In this document: positions 49,245 through 58,851 of the stretch, one piece after another
Position numbering within the stretch: the first letter of the stretch is position 1
How the letters are laid out: each line of letters starts with the position of its first letter
DNA from: a bacterium
Lineage (GTDB): Bacteria; Hinthialibacterota; Hinthialibacteria; Hinthialibacterales; Hinthialibacteraceae
DNA: 59,151 nt
NCBI GenBank assembly: GCA_016125385.1
Contig: WGLV01000049.1
Span: 1-59,151 of the forward strand
Direction of reading: 5' to 3'
Position numbers and translations under genes: made by a program
Notes under the pieces: generated by a model
Told to the model about the DNA's origin: nothing
Seen by the model: only the letters and a program-made list of their open reading frames with translations
The model's database searches: none

Positions 49245-50215
49245 TGATTTCCCTTGCCCGATCGATCTGATTCGATGTATCGCCATGATTGCTCATCGGC
49301 GTTGAGCCGAATGGATGCGCCGTGAACCAACGTCAGGTTCAGTTTCACATGGCCGAACGGAACGTTCGCCAGGATCGGGATTTTCAGGCGCTGGCGGAAG
49401 AGCTTCATCACATCCTCTAACAGCCCCGGCGCTTCTTCGTTCTGTTGACGTTCCCGTTTACGGAACCGCCCCAGCATCAATCCCTTCACTCGTTGAAAGG
49501 CGCCCGCCATCCAGAGTTGCAGCAGCATCAGATCGATCCGGTAGGCGAATTCGCCCACGTCTTCGATAAACAGAATCACGTCGCGATCGCGCGGAAACGC
49601 GTACGGCGTCCCCATCAATGCCGAAACCAGCGTCAGGTTGCCTCCCAGCAATACGCCTTCCGCCTCGCCGCCGCGCCAGGTTTCCATCGGCGAATCGTCG
49701 CACATACTGGCTACCAGTTCGGACGGCGCTTCTACCGGAAACCCGCGCAACGCGGCAAACCAGGCGCTTTCAGTCAACGGATGCAACGGAGCCGAATCGA
49801 CGTTGGGCGAGTGCAGGCTGCTCATTCCGGTCTTCGCGTAAATCGCCGAATGCAGCGCGGTGATATCCGAAAAACCGCAGACGACTTTGGGATGTTTTTT
49901 CAGCGCGGCGAAATCGAGCCGGTCCAGAATCCGCATGACTCCATACCCGCCGGTCAGACAACAGATCGCCTCAACCGACGGATCGTTGAATAACCGGTTG
50001 GTCTCCTGTATGCGCCATTCATCGGGCCCGGCGAGTTTGTGCAGCACGTCGTCGTCTTCATCGTGAGTGGCGTTCTCGGCGGCGCGCACACGAAAGCCGT
50101 GCCCTTCAAACAGATCGCGCCCCAACCGCACCACAGCGGGCGGAACCGCGTGCGCGGGCGCGGCGAAGGCGATTTCAGCGCCGGGTTCCAGACCGGATAA
50201 CATCTTCGCGCTCAT
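49223..50215 (-). CDS. LD-carboxypeptidase (peptidase S66, LdcA-like), cytoplasmic
   Basis: 'GFSDITALH' nucleophile-Ser motif and the C-terminal His/Glu region of S66. Start 2 nt after the stop of the upstream paralogue. Confidence 0.75.
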   Translation of the reverse strand: MSAKMLSGLEPGAEIAFAAPAHAVPPAVVRLGRDLFEGHGFRVRAAENATHDEDDDVLHKLAGPDEWRIQETNRLFNDPSVEAICCLTGGYGVMRILDRLDFAALKKHPKVVCGFSDITALHSAIYAKTGMSSLHSPNVDSAPLHPLTESAWFAALRGFPVEAPSELVASMCDDSPMETWRGGEAEGVLLGGNLTLVSALMGTPYAFPRDRDVILFIEDVGEFAYRIDLMLLQLWMAGAFQRVKGLMLGRFRKRERQQNEEAPGLLEDVMKLFRQRLKIPILANVPFGHVKLNLTLVHGASIRLNADEQSWRYIESDRSGKGNHEKRRAG

Positions 50216-50217
50216 GA

Positions 50218-51273
50218 TTAAGCCTCCAGATAAACGAGGCTTTGTGCGTCGGCGTCGAGTCGAACCCGTGCGCCGTGGATCAGCGTCAGGTTGTAATGCT
50301 CGTGCCCGATGGGCGCGCCCGCCAGCACAGGGACGCCAAGACGAGACGCCTGATCGCGCAACACGTTCTGAATCAGGGGCGCCTCTTCGGGTTCGTCCTC
50401 ATGCGGGGTGAACTGCCCCACAATCGCCCCCGCGACGCGATCCAGCAGACCGGCGAGTTTGAGCTGCATCAAAAAACGGTCGACCCGGTACGCCGCCTCA
50501 TCCACCTCTTCCAGAAACAGGATGATCGGCTCATCGTCCGGCAGCGCATACTCCGTCCCCGCCAGCGACGCCAGCCGCGAGAGGTTGCCGCCCAGCAGAA
50601 CGCCCTCCGCCGCGCCGCCGCGCCACGTTTGCGGAGGCGATACAGCCTTCCATTCGGCGGTCAGCGCTTCGGCGCCCGCGCGGCCTTCAACCAGGTCCCA
50701 CCACGTTTTCGCGATGAGCGCCTCCGGCTCGCCATCGCCGAACGAATAACCAAACGCCAGCCCGTGCAGCGAGGGCAGTCCGGTTCGGCGGAAGATCGCG
50801 GCGTGCAGACTGGTGATGTCGGAAAATCCCGTGAGCCATTTGGGATCGGCGCGCAGGGCGCCGTAATCGAGCGAATCGAGAATGCGGTTGGCGCCGTATC
50901 CTCCCCGCAACGTGAACACGGCGCGGACTTTGGAATCGCGCCACATGCGGTTGAGATCGGCGGCGCGGGCCTCGTCTTCGCCCGACAGCCCGCAGAGATA
51001 CTCGCGCGAAAGCGACTCGCCCAACACCGGGCGGTATCCACGCGCGGCAAGATGATCGGCGGCGCCTTTGACCAGTTCGGGCCGGATCGGGCTGCCGGGA
51101 CACACCAGCCCGACGGCGTCACCGGATTTCAGCGGCGCGGGTTTATTCATGACGGTCCGTGAAGATAAGGCGTTGGATTCGCGGCCGCCGCGCGCGGCGA
51201 GCGCGCCCGTAATCGCGGCGGATTGCAGAAAATTTCGGCGGGTCAGGCTCATGCGCGTCATTAATCGGTTCAT
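50218..51273 (-). CDS. LD-carboxypeptidase (peptidase S66) with twin-arginine signal
   Basis: 'GFSDITSLH' motif. N-terminal 'TRRNFLQSAAITGALAA' is a Tat leader. ATG at 51273-51271 overlaps the stop of the upstream prepilin-like gene (TGATG). Confidence 0.75.
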   Translation of the reverse strand: MNRLMTRMSLTRRNFLQSAAITGALAARGGRESNALSSRTVMNKPAPLKSGDAVGLVCPGSPIRPELVKGAADHLAARGYRPVLGESLSREYLCGLSGEDEARAADLNRMWRDSKVRAVFTLRGGYGANRILDSLDYGALRADPKWLTGFSDITSLHAAIFRRTGLPSLHGLAFGYSFGDGEPEALIAKTWWDLVEGRAGAEALTAEWKAVSPPQTWRGGAAEGVLLGGNLSRLASLAGTEYALPDDEPIILFLEEVDEAAYRVDRFLMQLKLAGLLDRVAGAIVGQFTPHEDEPEEAPLIQNVLRDQASRLGVPVLAGAPIGHEHYNLTLIHGARVRLDADAQSLVYLEA

Positions 51274-51929
51274 CAATCATACGGATTGCGGGGCTGCGCC
51301 GCGTTCCACTGAATCGAATAGCCCGGAAAACCGCGCACCGGGCCTGACTGTCCACGCGTGATGTCGCCGGGCGAGAGCAGCCCGTTCGACGCGTCGTAGG
51401 GCAGCCAGAACCAGTCGGTGGCGTTGGCGCCGTCGCCGAAATTCTTCGGCAGATCGAGCCAGCGGTTGGGGCCGTGTGAGACGATCATATATTCACCCAA
51501 CACTTTTTTCGCCTCCCGCGCGCCGGCTGAATTCTTTCCGGGCAGGTTGTCGCGCGTCTGGGTTCCAAACACCTTGAAGCGGTATCGCGAAACCAGCCGG
51601 GGCAGGCCGTCCAGTGGACGCCCCAGCGGATCGTACAGCTTGGCGTCGCTGAGATACGCAATCGGCTTGACCAGTTTGTCGGGCACATAGTACGGCCAGG
51701 TCGTCAGGTTGCCCTGATCGTCGCTCGCCAGCTCCGGCGAGGGAAACGCCGAGTTATCGGTCATGTACATCTCGACCGCGGTCGCCACCGCCTGCTGGTC
51801 GCCCTGAATGCGGGCGATGGTGGCGCGCATGCGCGCGTTCATGAAGTTGGGTACGGCGATGGCCGCGAGGATGCCGATGATGGCGACCACGATGAGCAAC
51901 TCAATCAGCGTGAAAGCATTCCGGTTCAT
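51273..51929 (-). CDS. Prepilin-type N-terminal cleavage/methylation-domain protein (DUF1559 / pseudopilin-like)
   Basis: 'NAFTLIELLIVVAIIGILAAIAVPNF' is a class-III signal/pilin N-terminus. Has the length and composition of the H-X9-DG pseudopilin-like family. Confidence 0.8.
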   Translation of the reverse strand: MNRNAFTLIELLIVVAIIGILAAIAVPNFMNARMRATIARIQGDQQAVATAVEMYMTDNSAFPSPELASDDQGNLTTWPYYVPDKLVKPIAYLSDAKLYDPLGRPLDGLPRLVSRYRFKVFGTQTRDNLPGKNSAGAREAKKVLGEYMIVSHGPNRWLDLPKNFGDGANATDWFWLPYDASNGLLSPGDITRGQSGPVRGFPGYSIQWNAAQPRNPYD

Positions 51930-52198
51930 CTTGCGTCCTTTTTCCGATGGGTTTCAGTCAGAATAGCATGGATGCCGCGCGATTTCGTCCGATTCAATCG
52001 AATTGATTCTGATTCGCATGCTGGCTTGATCCCGGCGCCTCGATTTGAACGCCGCTGTTCACGATTCAGCCTCCAAAACGGGCGGCCTCACCGGGAAAAA
52101 TAACAAGACGCCTGAGAATCGGTCTTCGGGTTGGCGCTCGCCGCCTGTGGCATGTAAAGTGCAATATCCATGCCTCATTCCCCGTCTGGAGGACCGAC

Positions 52199-53698
52199 AT
52201 GAGACTGCGTCTGGCGATGTGCGCCCTTCTGATCGCGATGGCGAGCGCGATTTCCACCGCCGCTCCCTTCCCCAAAGCGAAACTCGATCGCCTGATCGCC
52301 GCCGAAATGAAACGCTGGGAGATTCCCGGCCTCGCCATCGCGGTGGTGAAGGATGGAAAAATCGTCCTCGAAAAAGGCTACGGCCTGCGTAACGTGCGGG
52401 GCGCCGAAACCGTCGACGAACACACCCTGTTCGGCATCGCCTCCAACAGCAAGACGTTCACCTGCGCGGCGATCTCCATGCTGGTGGATGAAGACAAACT
52501 GCACTGGGACGACCGCGTGGTCGATGTATTGCCCGGCTTCAAGCTGGCCGACCCCATCCGCGCCGGCGAACTGACCCTGCGCGACCTCGCCGCGCACCGC
52601 ACCGGCGTCCAGACCGCCGACCGCGCCTGGTGGCTCTCTCAATTCACCCGCGCCGAAATGCTGCGCCGCATGCGTTATCTGGAAGACGCCGAGCCGGTGC
52701 GCACAACCCCCATCTACAACAACCTGATGCTCTTCGCCGCCGGCATGGCGCTCGAATCGTCCAGCGGGATGACGTGGGATGAATTCATCCAGTCGCGCAT
52801 TTTCAAACCGCTCGGCATGAACGACAGCCTGACCAGCGTCGCCCAACTGACGCCCGGCAGCGATTTCGCCGCGCCGCACGCGCGCAACGACGCCGGCGCA
52901 CTCGTCCCCACCGTGTGGTACAACTGCGACCACGTCGGCCCGGCGGCTTCGATCGTCTCCAGCGCGCACGACATGGCGCTATGGCTGAACTTTCTATTAG
53001 CGAAGGGCGTGGCGGCGGACGGCTCGCGCCAACTGAGTGAAAAGGGCGTCGCCGAGATGATGACGCCGCAGATGGTGATCCGCTCCGGCTTCGAGAGCAT
53101 TGGCCGCAAGGTCCGCATGCACGCCTACGGGCTGGGCTTGCGGCTGCATGAATACGACGGAGACTTTTTCGCCGACCACGGCGGCCACATCGTGACCTTC
53201 CGTTCGTTCGTGTGCATGTTGCCAGACCGTGACGCGGGCGTGGTGGTATTGACCAATAGCGAAACCGATTTTCCCCACGCGCTGGGATACACCGTGGCCG
53301 ACTGGCTGCGCGGCGCGAAGGCGGGCGATTGGATCGGCGCCTACTGGAAGAACACCCAGAGCGACCGTGAAGAGATCAAAAGCGCCGAGGTGAAGCGCGA
53401 GGCCGATCGCGTCCCCAACGCGCCGCCCAGCCATCCGCTGGAGGCGTACACTGGCGTGTATGAGAATCCGCTCTATGGAACCATCGCGGTGACGTTGAAG
53501 GATGGGCGTCTCTTTCATTGCTATAACGAGACGCCGCATTTCAGAGGCGAGTTGATCCCGTGGAATTACGACGTGTTTCTGCTCGATCCCGAGCTCGATT
53601 TCCGCGACAAAGAACTCGTCACGTTTCACGAAGACGCCTCCGGCGCCATCGCCAGCGTCCAAATCTCCGGAACGGAGTACAAAAAGAAAAAGGAATAG
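52199..53698 (+). CDS. Serine hydrolase of the beta-lactamase/PBP (class C-like) family, exported
   Basis: Signal peptide. 'ASNSKTFT' SxxK motif, 'YNN' (YxN) and 'HGG' elements. C-terminal extension domain. Confidence 0.8.
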   Translation: MRLRLAMCALLIAMASAISTAAPFPKAKLDRLIAAEMKRWEIPGLAIAVVKDGKIVLEKGYGLRNVRGAETVDEHTLFGIASNSKTFTCAAISMLVDEDKLHWDDRVVDVLPGFKLADPIRAGELTLRDLAAHRTGVQTADRAWWLSQFTRAEMLRRMRYLEDAEPVRTTPIYNNLMLFAAGMALESSSGMTWDEFIQSRIFKPLGMNDSLTSVAQLTPGSDFAAPHARNDAGALVPTVWYNCDHVGPAASIVSSAHDMALWLNFLLAKGVAADGSRQLSEKGVAEMMTPQMVIRSGFESIGRKVRMHAYGLGLRLHEYDGDFFADHGGHIVTFRSFVCMLPDRDAGVVVLTNSETDFPHALGYTVADWLRGAKAGDWIGAYWKNTQSDREEIKSAEVKREADRVPNAPPSHPLEAYTGVYENPLYGTIAVTLKDGRLFHCYNETPHFRGELIPWNYDVFLLDPELDFRDKELVTFHEDASGAIASVQISGTEYKKKKE

Positions 53699-53821
53699 GG
53701 GTTTGCAGAATAGCCCCATAGGCGGGGCTAGCGCGACGTAACCCACCACTCCCCCGCCTGAACCAGGATGCCCAGGATGCGCGGGATACTCAGGATTTCA
53801 CCGCCGTTGCGTTACGTTGCG

Positions 53822-55330
53822 TCAGCGCACTGGCGTACTTTCGAGAATCCGCAGCGAATAGTCGAACTCGTCGAAATAGAGGTTGCGTTCGGCGGTCTCC
53901 ACTTCGCCGCGCTGAAAATCGACCGGATCCGACCGCCAGTGCGTCTTCCCCGGTTCGTGAGGCCGGCTGTGATCGGAATTGACGATCATGCGGTAGGTAT
54001 CCATGCGCCCGAAGAAAAACTCGTGCAGCAGCAGCCGGTCCTCGTCCGACAGCCCCACCCAGCTGCTCATCGCCTCCATGCCGAAATTCGGATCGACCGG
54101 AACCCAGCCGTAGGGATGCAGGTATATCCTCACCCAGTCGTGCAGGTTCTTGCCCTCGGGGTAGATCATCCAGCCCGATTCCCAGCGCGCGGGCACGCCC
54201 TGAATGCGGCACAGCGTCATGAACAGCAGCGCGATCTCGCCGCAGTCGCCGTAGCGGTTCTGAAACACGTAGCGGCTGATGTTGGGGATGGTCGAATACT
54301 CGCGCGCGTAGCGGTAATGGGTGTTGGCCGCGATCCAGTCGTAGATGCGCCGCGCCTTATAGTACGGGTTGCTCTCGCCCGCGCAGAGGCGGTTCGACAG
54401 CTCGGCCAGTTCGGGGCGGAACTCGCAGTGCGGCGCGCGTTCGAGGGCGAACTCCGCCGCCTCGGCGGGAACCTCATCGGTCACGCGCGCGGGGTCGATG
54501 GTCTGGTAGCGCGGCTCGGCGATGAACTCATACTCGGCGGTGAACGCCAGCGCTCTCTTCTCCGGTGTGGCGGCCTCAAAATATAACGAGCGTTGCGGCG
54601 CGTCCTCGCGTCCGATCGCCTTCGGCTCCGGCTCGGCGGAAATCAGCCGCACGCTATGCTGGTAGGGCGTTTCCAGTGGATACGGCGCCCAGCAGCGCAC
54701 CATCTCGCCGGGCTTTACGGTCCCCTCGGGCACGGTGATGGTGAAGCGAATGCGATAGCGCCTCGCCGAGGCGTAATCGCTCAGCGCGCCGCTCCCGTTA
54801 ATGACCTCGCGCGCCACGCCCAGCCGCGCCTTCTCGAAGGCGTCGTCCGGCGGCGGAACCCGCCGCTCGCGAAACGCGGCTCCCTCAAAAAACAGGTTGC
54901 GCGCCGCCGCGTATAGAAAGCGCGGCTCTCCGTCGATGGTGCGAAAGTCAAAACGCCCTTCCATCAGCCATCGCGCGATCTCGCCAGGTTGTACGCCGCG
55001 GAACCGCCGCGTGACCTCGCTCCGCAGATCGTCCAGCGTGAGCGAATAATCGATCTGGATACGGCGCAAGCGTTCCGCCGTCCAGGCGAGGCGTTCGCGC
55101 GTCCCGGCGTCCGTTTCCGCCTCCCGCAACGCGCCCAGCCGCTCGCGCGCGGCGCTGTAGTTTCCATCGCGAATCATGCGCATGACGTCCGCCGGCGCCC
55201 AGGTCAGTTCATCGGCGAAATCAGCGGCGAACCACGCGGGCGTAAGGCTCTCCTGACAAACGGCGAAAGGTGAAAAGGCGCAGGTCAACGCCGCGAGCGC
55301 GAACAGTCGAAGCATCCAGCGTTTCATCAT
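53822..55330 (-). CDS. Transglutaminase-like (Cys-His-Asp) domain protein, secreted
   Basis: Signal peptide. 'YGDCGEIALLFMTLCR' (nucleophile Cys) and 'HDWVRIYL...GWVPVDPN' match the transglutaminase-core triad. Confidence 0.7.
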   Translation of the reverse strand: MMKRWMLRLFALAALTCAFSPFAVCQESLTPAWFAADFADELTWAPADVMRMIRDGNYSAARERLGALREAETDAGTRERLAWTAERLRRIQIDYSLTLDDLRSEVTRRFRGVQPGEIARWLMEGRFDFRTIDGEPRFLYAAARNLFFEGAAFRERRVPPPDDAFEKARLGVAREVINGSGALSDYASARRYRIRFTITVPEGTVKPGEMVRCWAPYPLETPYQHSVRLISAEPEPKAIGREDAPQRSLYFEAATPEKRALAFTAEYEFIAEPRYQTIDPARVTDEVPAEAAEFALERAPHCEFRPELAELSNRLCAGESNPYYKARRIYDWIAANTHYRYAREYSTIPNISRYVFQNRYGDCGEIALLFMTLCRIQGVPARWESGWMIYPEGKNLHDWVRIYLHPYGWVPVDPNFGMEAMSSWVGLSDEDRLLLHEFFFGRMDTYRMIVNSDHSRPHEPGKTHWRSDPVDFQRGEVETAERNLYFDEFDYSLRILESTPVR

Positions 55331-55569
55331 CCAACCTCGGCTAAATTGGTCCGGTTCTTACTATCCTACAGGGATGAGCAAAATCAATACTCATTTGCTC
55401 GCGGGTGGAGATTCAGATAACTGCCGCGAGCCACTCAACATAAATGGATGCGATCCAGCCGCGTCCCGTCCACCGGACGGCGAATCAGACATTTCTGTTG
55501 GATTTTGCTGTTTAAAAATCGTCAGGAATTCGGTTTAATGTCAATCAGTCATTCATTACACAGGTGATC

Positions 55570-56160
55570 ATGAAACGGAACGGTCTGAAAAAACCAAACG
55601 CGTTTACCCTGATTGAACTGCTCATCGTCGTGGCGATCATCGGCATACTGGCGGCGATCGCCGTACCCAACTTTTTGAACGCGCAGATCAAAGCCAAGGT
55701 CTCTCGCGCCCGCGCCGACCTGCGCGCGCTCTCCACCGCCATCGAGATGTACACGCTCGACCACAACGCGCCGCCGCCCAGCACCAACCCCAACGTCACC
55801 CCGTCCGACACCAATTTCGGCTACGTGCGCTTCAACCTGACCACGCCGGTGAGTTACCTCAGCACCGGTCTCCTGCCCGATCCCTTCGTCAATCCGCAGG
55901 ACCTCGAACGCAAGGCCAACGACGAGCTTTACTATACCTACCACAACCTCAAGATGCTGGTCGAACACAATCAGTTCCCCAAAGACCTTCAGGATTTTTA
56001 CGGAAACTGGCGCGCCTGTTCCTACGGCCCCGATCAGACCTACTTCAACGGAACCTACGGCGTCTTCGTCTATGACTCGACCAATGGGCTGGTCAGCTCG
56101 GGCAACATCTGGGTCTGCCAGAAATCCCAGACCGTCACCGGCGTTCCGGAAGGCTACTGA
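55570..56160 (+). CDS. Prepilin-type N-terminal cleavage/methylation-domain protein (second DUF1559/pseudopilin-like paralogue)
   Basis: 'NAFTLIELLIVVAIIGILAAIAVPNFLNA' is nearly identical to the N-terminus of the 51273-51929 gene product. Confidence 0.8.
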   Translation: MKRNGLKKPNAFTLIELLIVVAIIGILAAIAVPNFLNAQIKAKVSRARADLRALSTAIEMYTLDHNAPPPSTNPNVTPSDTNFGYVRFNLTTPVSYLSTGLLPDPFVNPQDLERKANDELYYTYHNLKMLVEHNQFPKDLQDFYGNWRACSYGPDQTYFNGTYGVFVYDSTNGLVSSGNIWVCQKSQTVTGVPEGY

Positions 56161-56192
56161 CCGCGGACCAGCGTTACCGAAATCATCCGGCA

Positions 56193-56234
56193 TAAAAAAA
56201 AGCCCCGCGCGGTTGTCACGCGGGGCTTTGTGTT
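56193..56234. terminator. Bidirectional rho-independent terminator
   Basis: A-run, then GCCCCGCG-cggttgtca-CGCGGGGC hairpin, then TTTGTGTT. Confidence 0.6.
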
Positions 56235-56255
56235 CAGTCCATCTGAGTGAGCCGG

Positions 56256-57170
56256 TCAGGCGTTAAGCGCGTTGGTCAACCGGTTTGACGCGTCGTCCAC
56301 CTGCTCCGTACTGAGCATGCCGATGGTCATGGCGTCGACCAGTCCGCCGCCCGCCACGTACTTCATCGAAGCGTCTTTCTGTTCGGGCTTGGTCAGCGTT
56401 CCCTCACCGAAGATCTTCATGCCGATAATCGCCTTGCCGTTCTTGCGCGCGGTTTTCAGAACCTCGGTGACTTCCTCGACGGAGGCGTCCATTTTGTACT
56501 GCTTGCCGCCCATGTAATTGATGCGGGCCAGAATCACGTCCGTCCAGGGGTGCTCCGCCGCGACCTTGAGCGCGCCGAAATCGTGACACGATACGCCCAC
56601 CGAGCGCAGTTTGCCTTCCTCTTTCAATTCGCTCATGTCTTTGCGCACGTGTTCGAGGTCGTCGACCCAGTTGGCGTCGGTCACGCAATGAATCAGGCAC
56701 ACGTCGATGTAGTCGGTGTTGAGTTCCTTCAAAAAGCGATGCACTTCTTCCTTGGCGCCGCCGGAGGGTTCGATCCAGCTGGCCTTGCGGAACCAGATTT
56801 TCGAAAGCAGCGCGTAATCCTTGCGCGGTAGATCGCTGATCGCGCGGCGCACGAAGGGATGAGAACCGTACAGGTCGGCCATATCGAAAAAATTCAGCCC
56901 CTTGTCGAAGCCATGACGAATCAGTTCTGTGAATTTTTCCTGTCCCAACCGGGTGTGATCCGATTCCTGATTGCCGCCGTGCATGCCGGTCCCCTGCGCG
57001 AGCCGCGAAACCTTGATCCCGGTGTGGCCCAGCTCGACCCGGTCGAACGCGGATCGCTTTTCAGCGGTTTGTGATTCAGCCGCGTGACTCACGAGCCCCG
57101 TCGCGCTTGAAAGCACGGCGGCGCTGGCGACGGAACGCTCGATGAACTGACGTCTGTTTAATTCACTCAT
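56256..57170 (-). CDS. Aldo/keto reductase with twin-arginine signal
   Basis: 'NRRQFIERSVASAAVLS' Tat leader. 'GLNFFDMADLYG' and 'IDVCLIHC' AKR motifs. Confidence 0.7.
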   Translation of the reverse strand: MSELNRRQFIERSVASAAVLSSATGLVSHAAESQTAEKRSAFDRVELGHTGIKVSRLAQGTGMHGGNQESDHTRLGQEKFTELIRHGFDKGLNFFDMADLYGSHPFVRRAISDLPRKDYALLSKIWFRKASWIEPSGGAKEEVHRFLKELNTDYIDVCLIHCVTDANWVDDLEHVRKDMSELKEEGKLRSVGVSCHDFGALKVAAEHPWTDVILARINYMGGKQYKMDASVEEVTEVLKTARKNGKAIIGMKIFGEGTLTKPEQKDASMKYVAGGGLVDAMTIGMLSTEQVDDASNRLTNALNA

Positions 57171-57366
57171 CTATCGGCCTCCCCTTGGATTGGGTCTCTT
57201 TTCAACGATGAAACTTTCGCTTTTTTATGCACGGATAGAGGGTACCAAACTTATCGTTAAAAGAGAATGGCGAACTGAAAAAATTGAATGGCATTTCGTC
57301 CAACTATCCAACCGGGCCGCGCTGGAGTATGTTTATTTCGACTCATACAAAAGGAGCCATCATCTT

Positions 57367-58512
57367 ATGAAAACTCTGATTCATGTTTCGCTGGCGGCGG
57401 CGCTCGTGCTCTCCGCTTCTTCCGCGTTCACCGAAGATTATTCGCTCGACCTGTTTAACGGAAAATCGCTGGAAGGCTGGAGCGAAGTCAACGACGCCGA
57501 GTTTGATGTGCATGACGGCGCCTTGCGCCTGGTTGACGGCATGGGCTGGCTGAGAAGCGATCAGCTCTACGGCGATTTCATCCTTGAGTTTGAAACACGC
57601 GCCCTGGTTGATGACTATGACAGCGGCTGGTTTTTCCACGCCGGGCTTGAGGGAAAACCCTGGCCCGACGCCGGTTGGCAGGTCAATCTCAAAACCGACG
57701 CCCTGGGCGCGCTGGTGCGTGGATATCGCGCCATGCTGAAACCGGAGACGGAAAAAGTTCCGGTCGGCGAATGGATGAAACTTCGCCTTGAAACGGAAGG
57801 CGAAAACGCGTCGCTTCAAATCAACGGAAAAGAAGTATGGCAAGCCGATTTCATCGAACCGGGGCTTGGCCTGTTTGGAATTCAGGCGGAAAACAAATCG
57901 TTCGAGTTTCGCAACATCCACGTCACCGAGCCCGGTTTTGAAAACCTGCTGGGCGGCGAGGGTCAGAACTTCGATTCGCTGCAAATTATGGCGGGCCCCA
58001 AAGTCTGGCGGCTCGAAGACGGCGTCCTGATCTGCAAGGGACAGGCGGGCGGCTGGATCGGAACCAAGACCGATGACTACGGCGATTTCATTCTCAAACT
58101 CGATTTCAACGTGCCCAAAGAAGGCAACAGCGGCGTCTACATCCGCACCCCGGCGAACGGTGACGGCGCCTACACCGGTATGGAAATTCAAGTCATCGAC
58201 GACGACGCCAAACACTGGGGGCAGCTGCAGACCTGGCAGCACGCGGGTTCGATTTATCACGAGGTCGCCCCGTCGGTCCGCGCCACCCGCGAGGGCGGCG
58301 AGTGGCAGACGATGTGCATCGTCGCGCGCGGGCCGGAGATCGACATCTATATCAATGGAATCCAGATCATCGACGAAAATCTTGACGAACACACCACCTC
58401 GTCATCCAGCGCGCCCGCGCTGAAAGACCGTCCGCGCGTGGGTTACATCGGCTTTCAGAACCACGATGGCGACATCCGCTACCGCAACGTGCGCGTCAAA
58501 CGGCTTGATTGA
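57367..58512 (+). CDS. Tandem DUF1080 (3-keto-disaccharide hydrolase/LamG-like) domain protein, secreted
   Basis: ATG at 57367 with AAGGAG upstream. Signal peptide. Two repeats with 'NGKxLEGW...GDFILEFE' and 'SGVYIRT...IQVIDDD' patterns. Confidence 0.7.
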   Translation: MKTLIHVSLAAALVLSASSAFTEDYSLDLFNGKSLEGWSEVNDAEFDVHDGALRLVDGMGWLRSDQLYGDFILEFETRALVDDYDSGWFFHAGLEGKPWPDAGWQVNLKTDALGALVRGYRAMLKPETEKVPVGEWMKLRLETEGENASLQINGKEVWQADFIEPGLGLFGIQAENKSFEFRNIHVTEPGFENLLGGEGQNFDSLQIMAGPKVWRLEDGVLICKGQAGGWIGTKTDDYGDFILKLDFNVPKEGNSGVYIRTPANGDGAYTGMEIQVIDDDAKHWGQLQTWQHAGSIYHEVAPSVRATREGGEWQTMCIVARGPEIDIYINGIQIIDENLDEHTTSSSSAPALKDRPRVGYIGFQNHDGDIRYRNVRVKRLD

Positions 58513-58540
58513 TCGCGTATCGCCTCAAATCATCACATCG

Positions 58541-58578
58541 CCCCGGTGGACGCTCATCCACCGGGGCGTTTTACTTTT
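58541..58578 (+). terminator. Rho-independent terminator
   Basis: CCCCGGTGGA-cgctca-TCCACCGGGG hairpin, then CGTTTTACTTTT. Confidence 0.6.
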
Positions 58579-58651
58579 GATTGACGCCGGCGCCACAGGG
58601 GGTGAGTATCAAACCCACCACTGTTACCAAACGTTATTCATGCGTTTTTGA

Positions 58652-58735
58652 ATCACGAAAATACGCAACAAATCAATGCCACGAAAATGGCCGTTATTCG
58701 TGAAATTCGTGTATTCGTCATTCATCGTGAAATAA
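58652..58735. repeat. Array of (A)TTCGTG(A) heptamer repeats in both orientations
   Basis: ATTTTCGTG (bottom strand) at 58654-58662 and 58680-58688. ATTCGTG at 58696, 58705 and 58713, and ATCGTGAAAT at 58724, on the top strand, with about 9-11-nt periodicity. Confidence 0.4.
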
Positions 58736-58851
58736 CAAGGGCGCGATGCAACACCCCCCCGTTTCTCTTGAATAGAACTTTCGAGATTAATCCGCCTTCT
58801 TCATTCACCAATATTCCGGAAACATATCTCTTTCCGATAACATCAGCGCCA

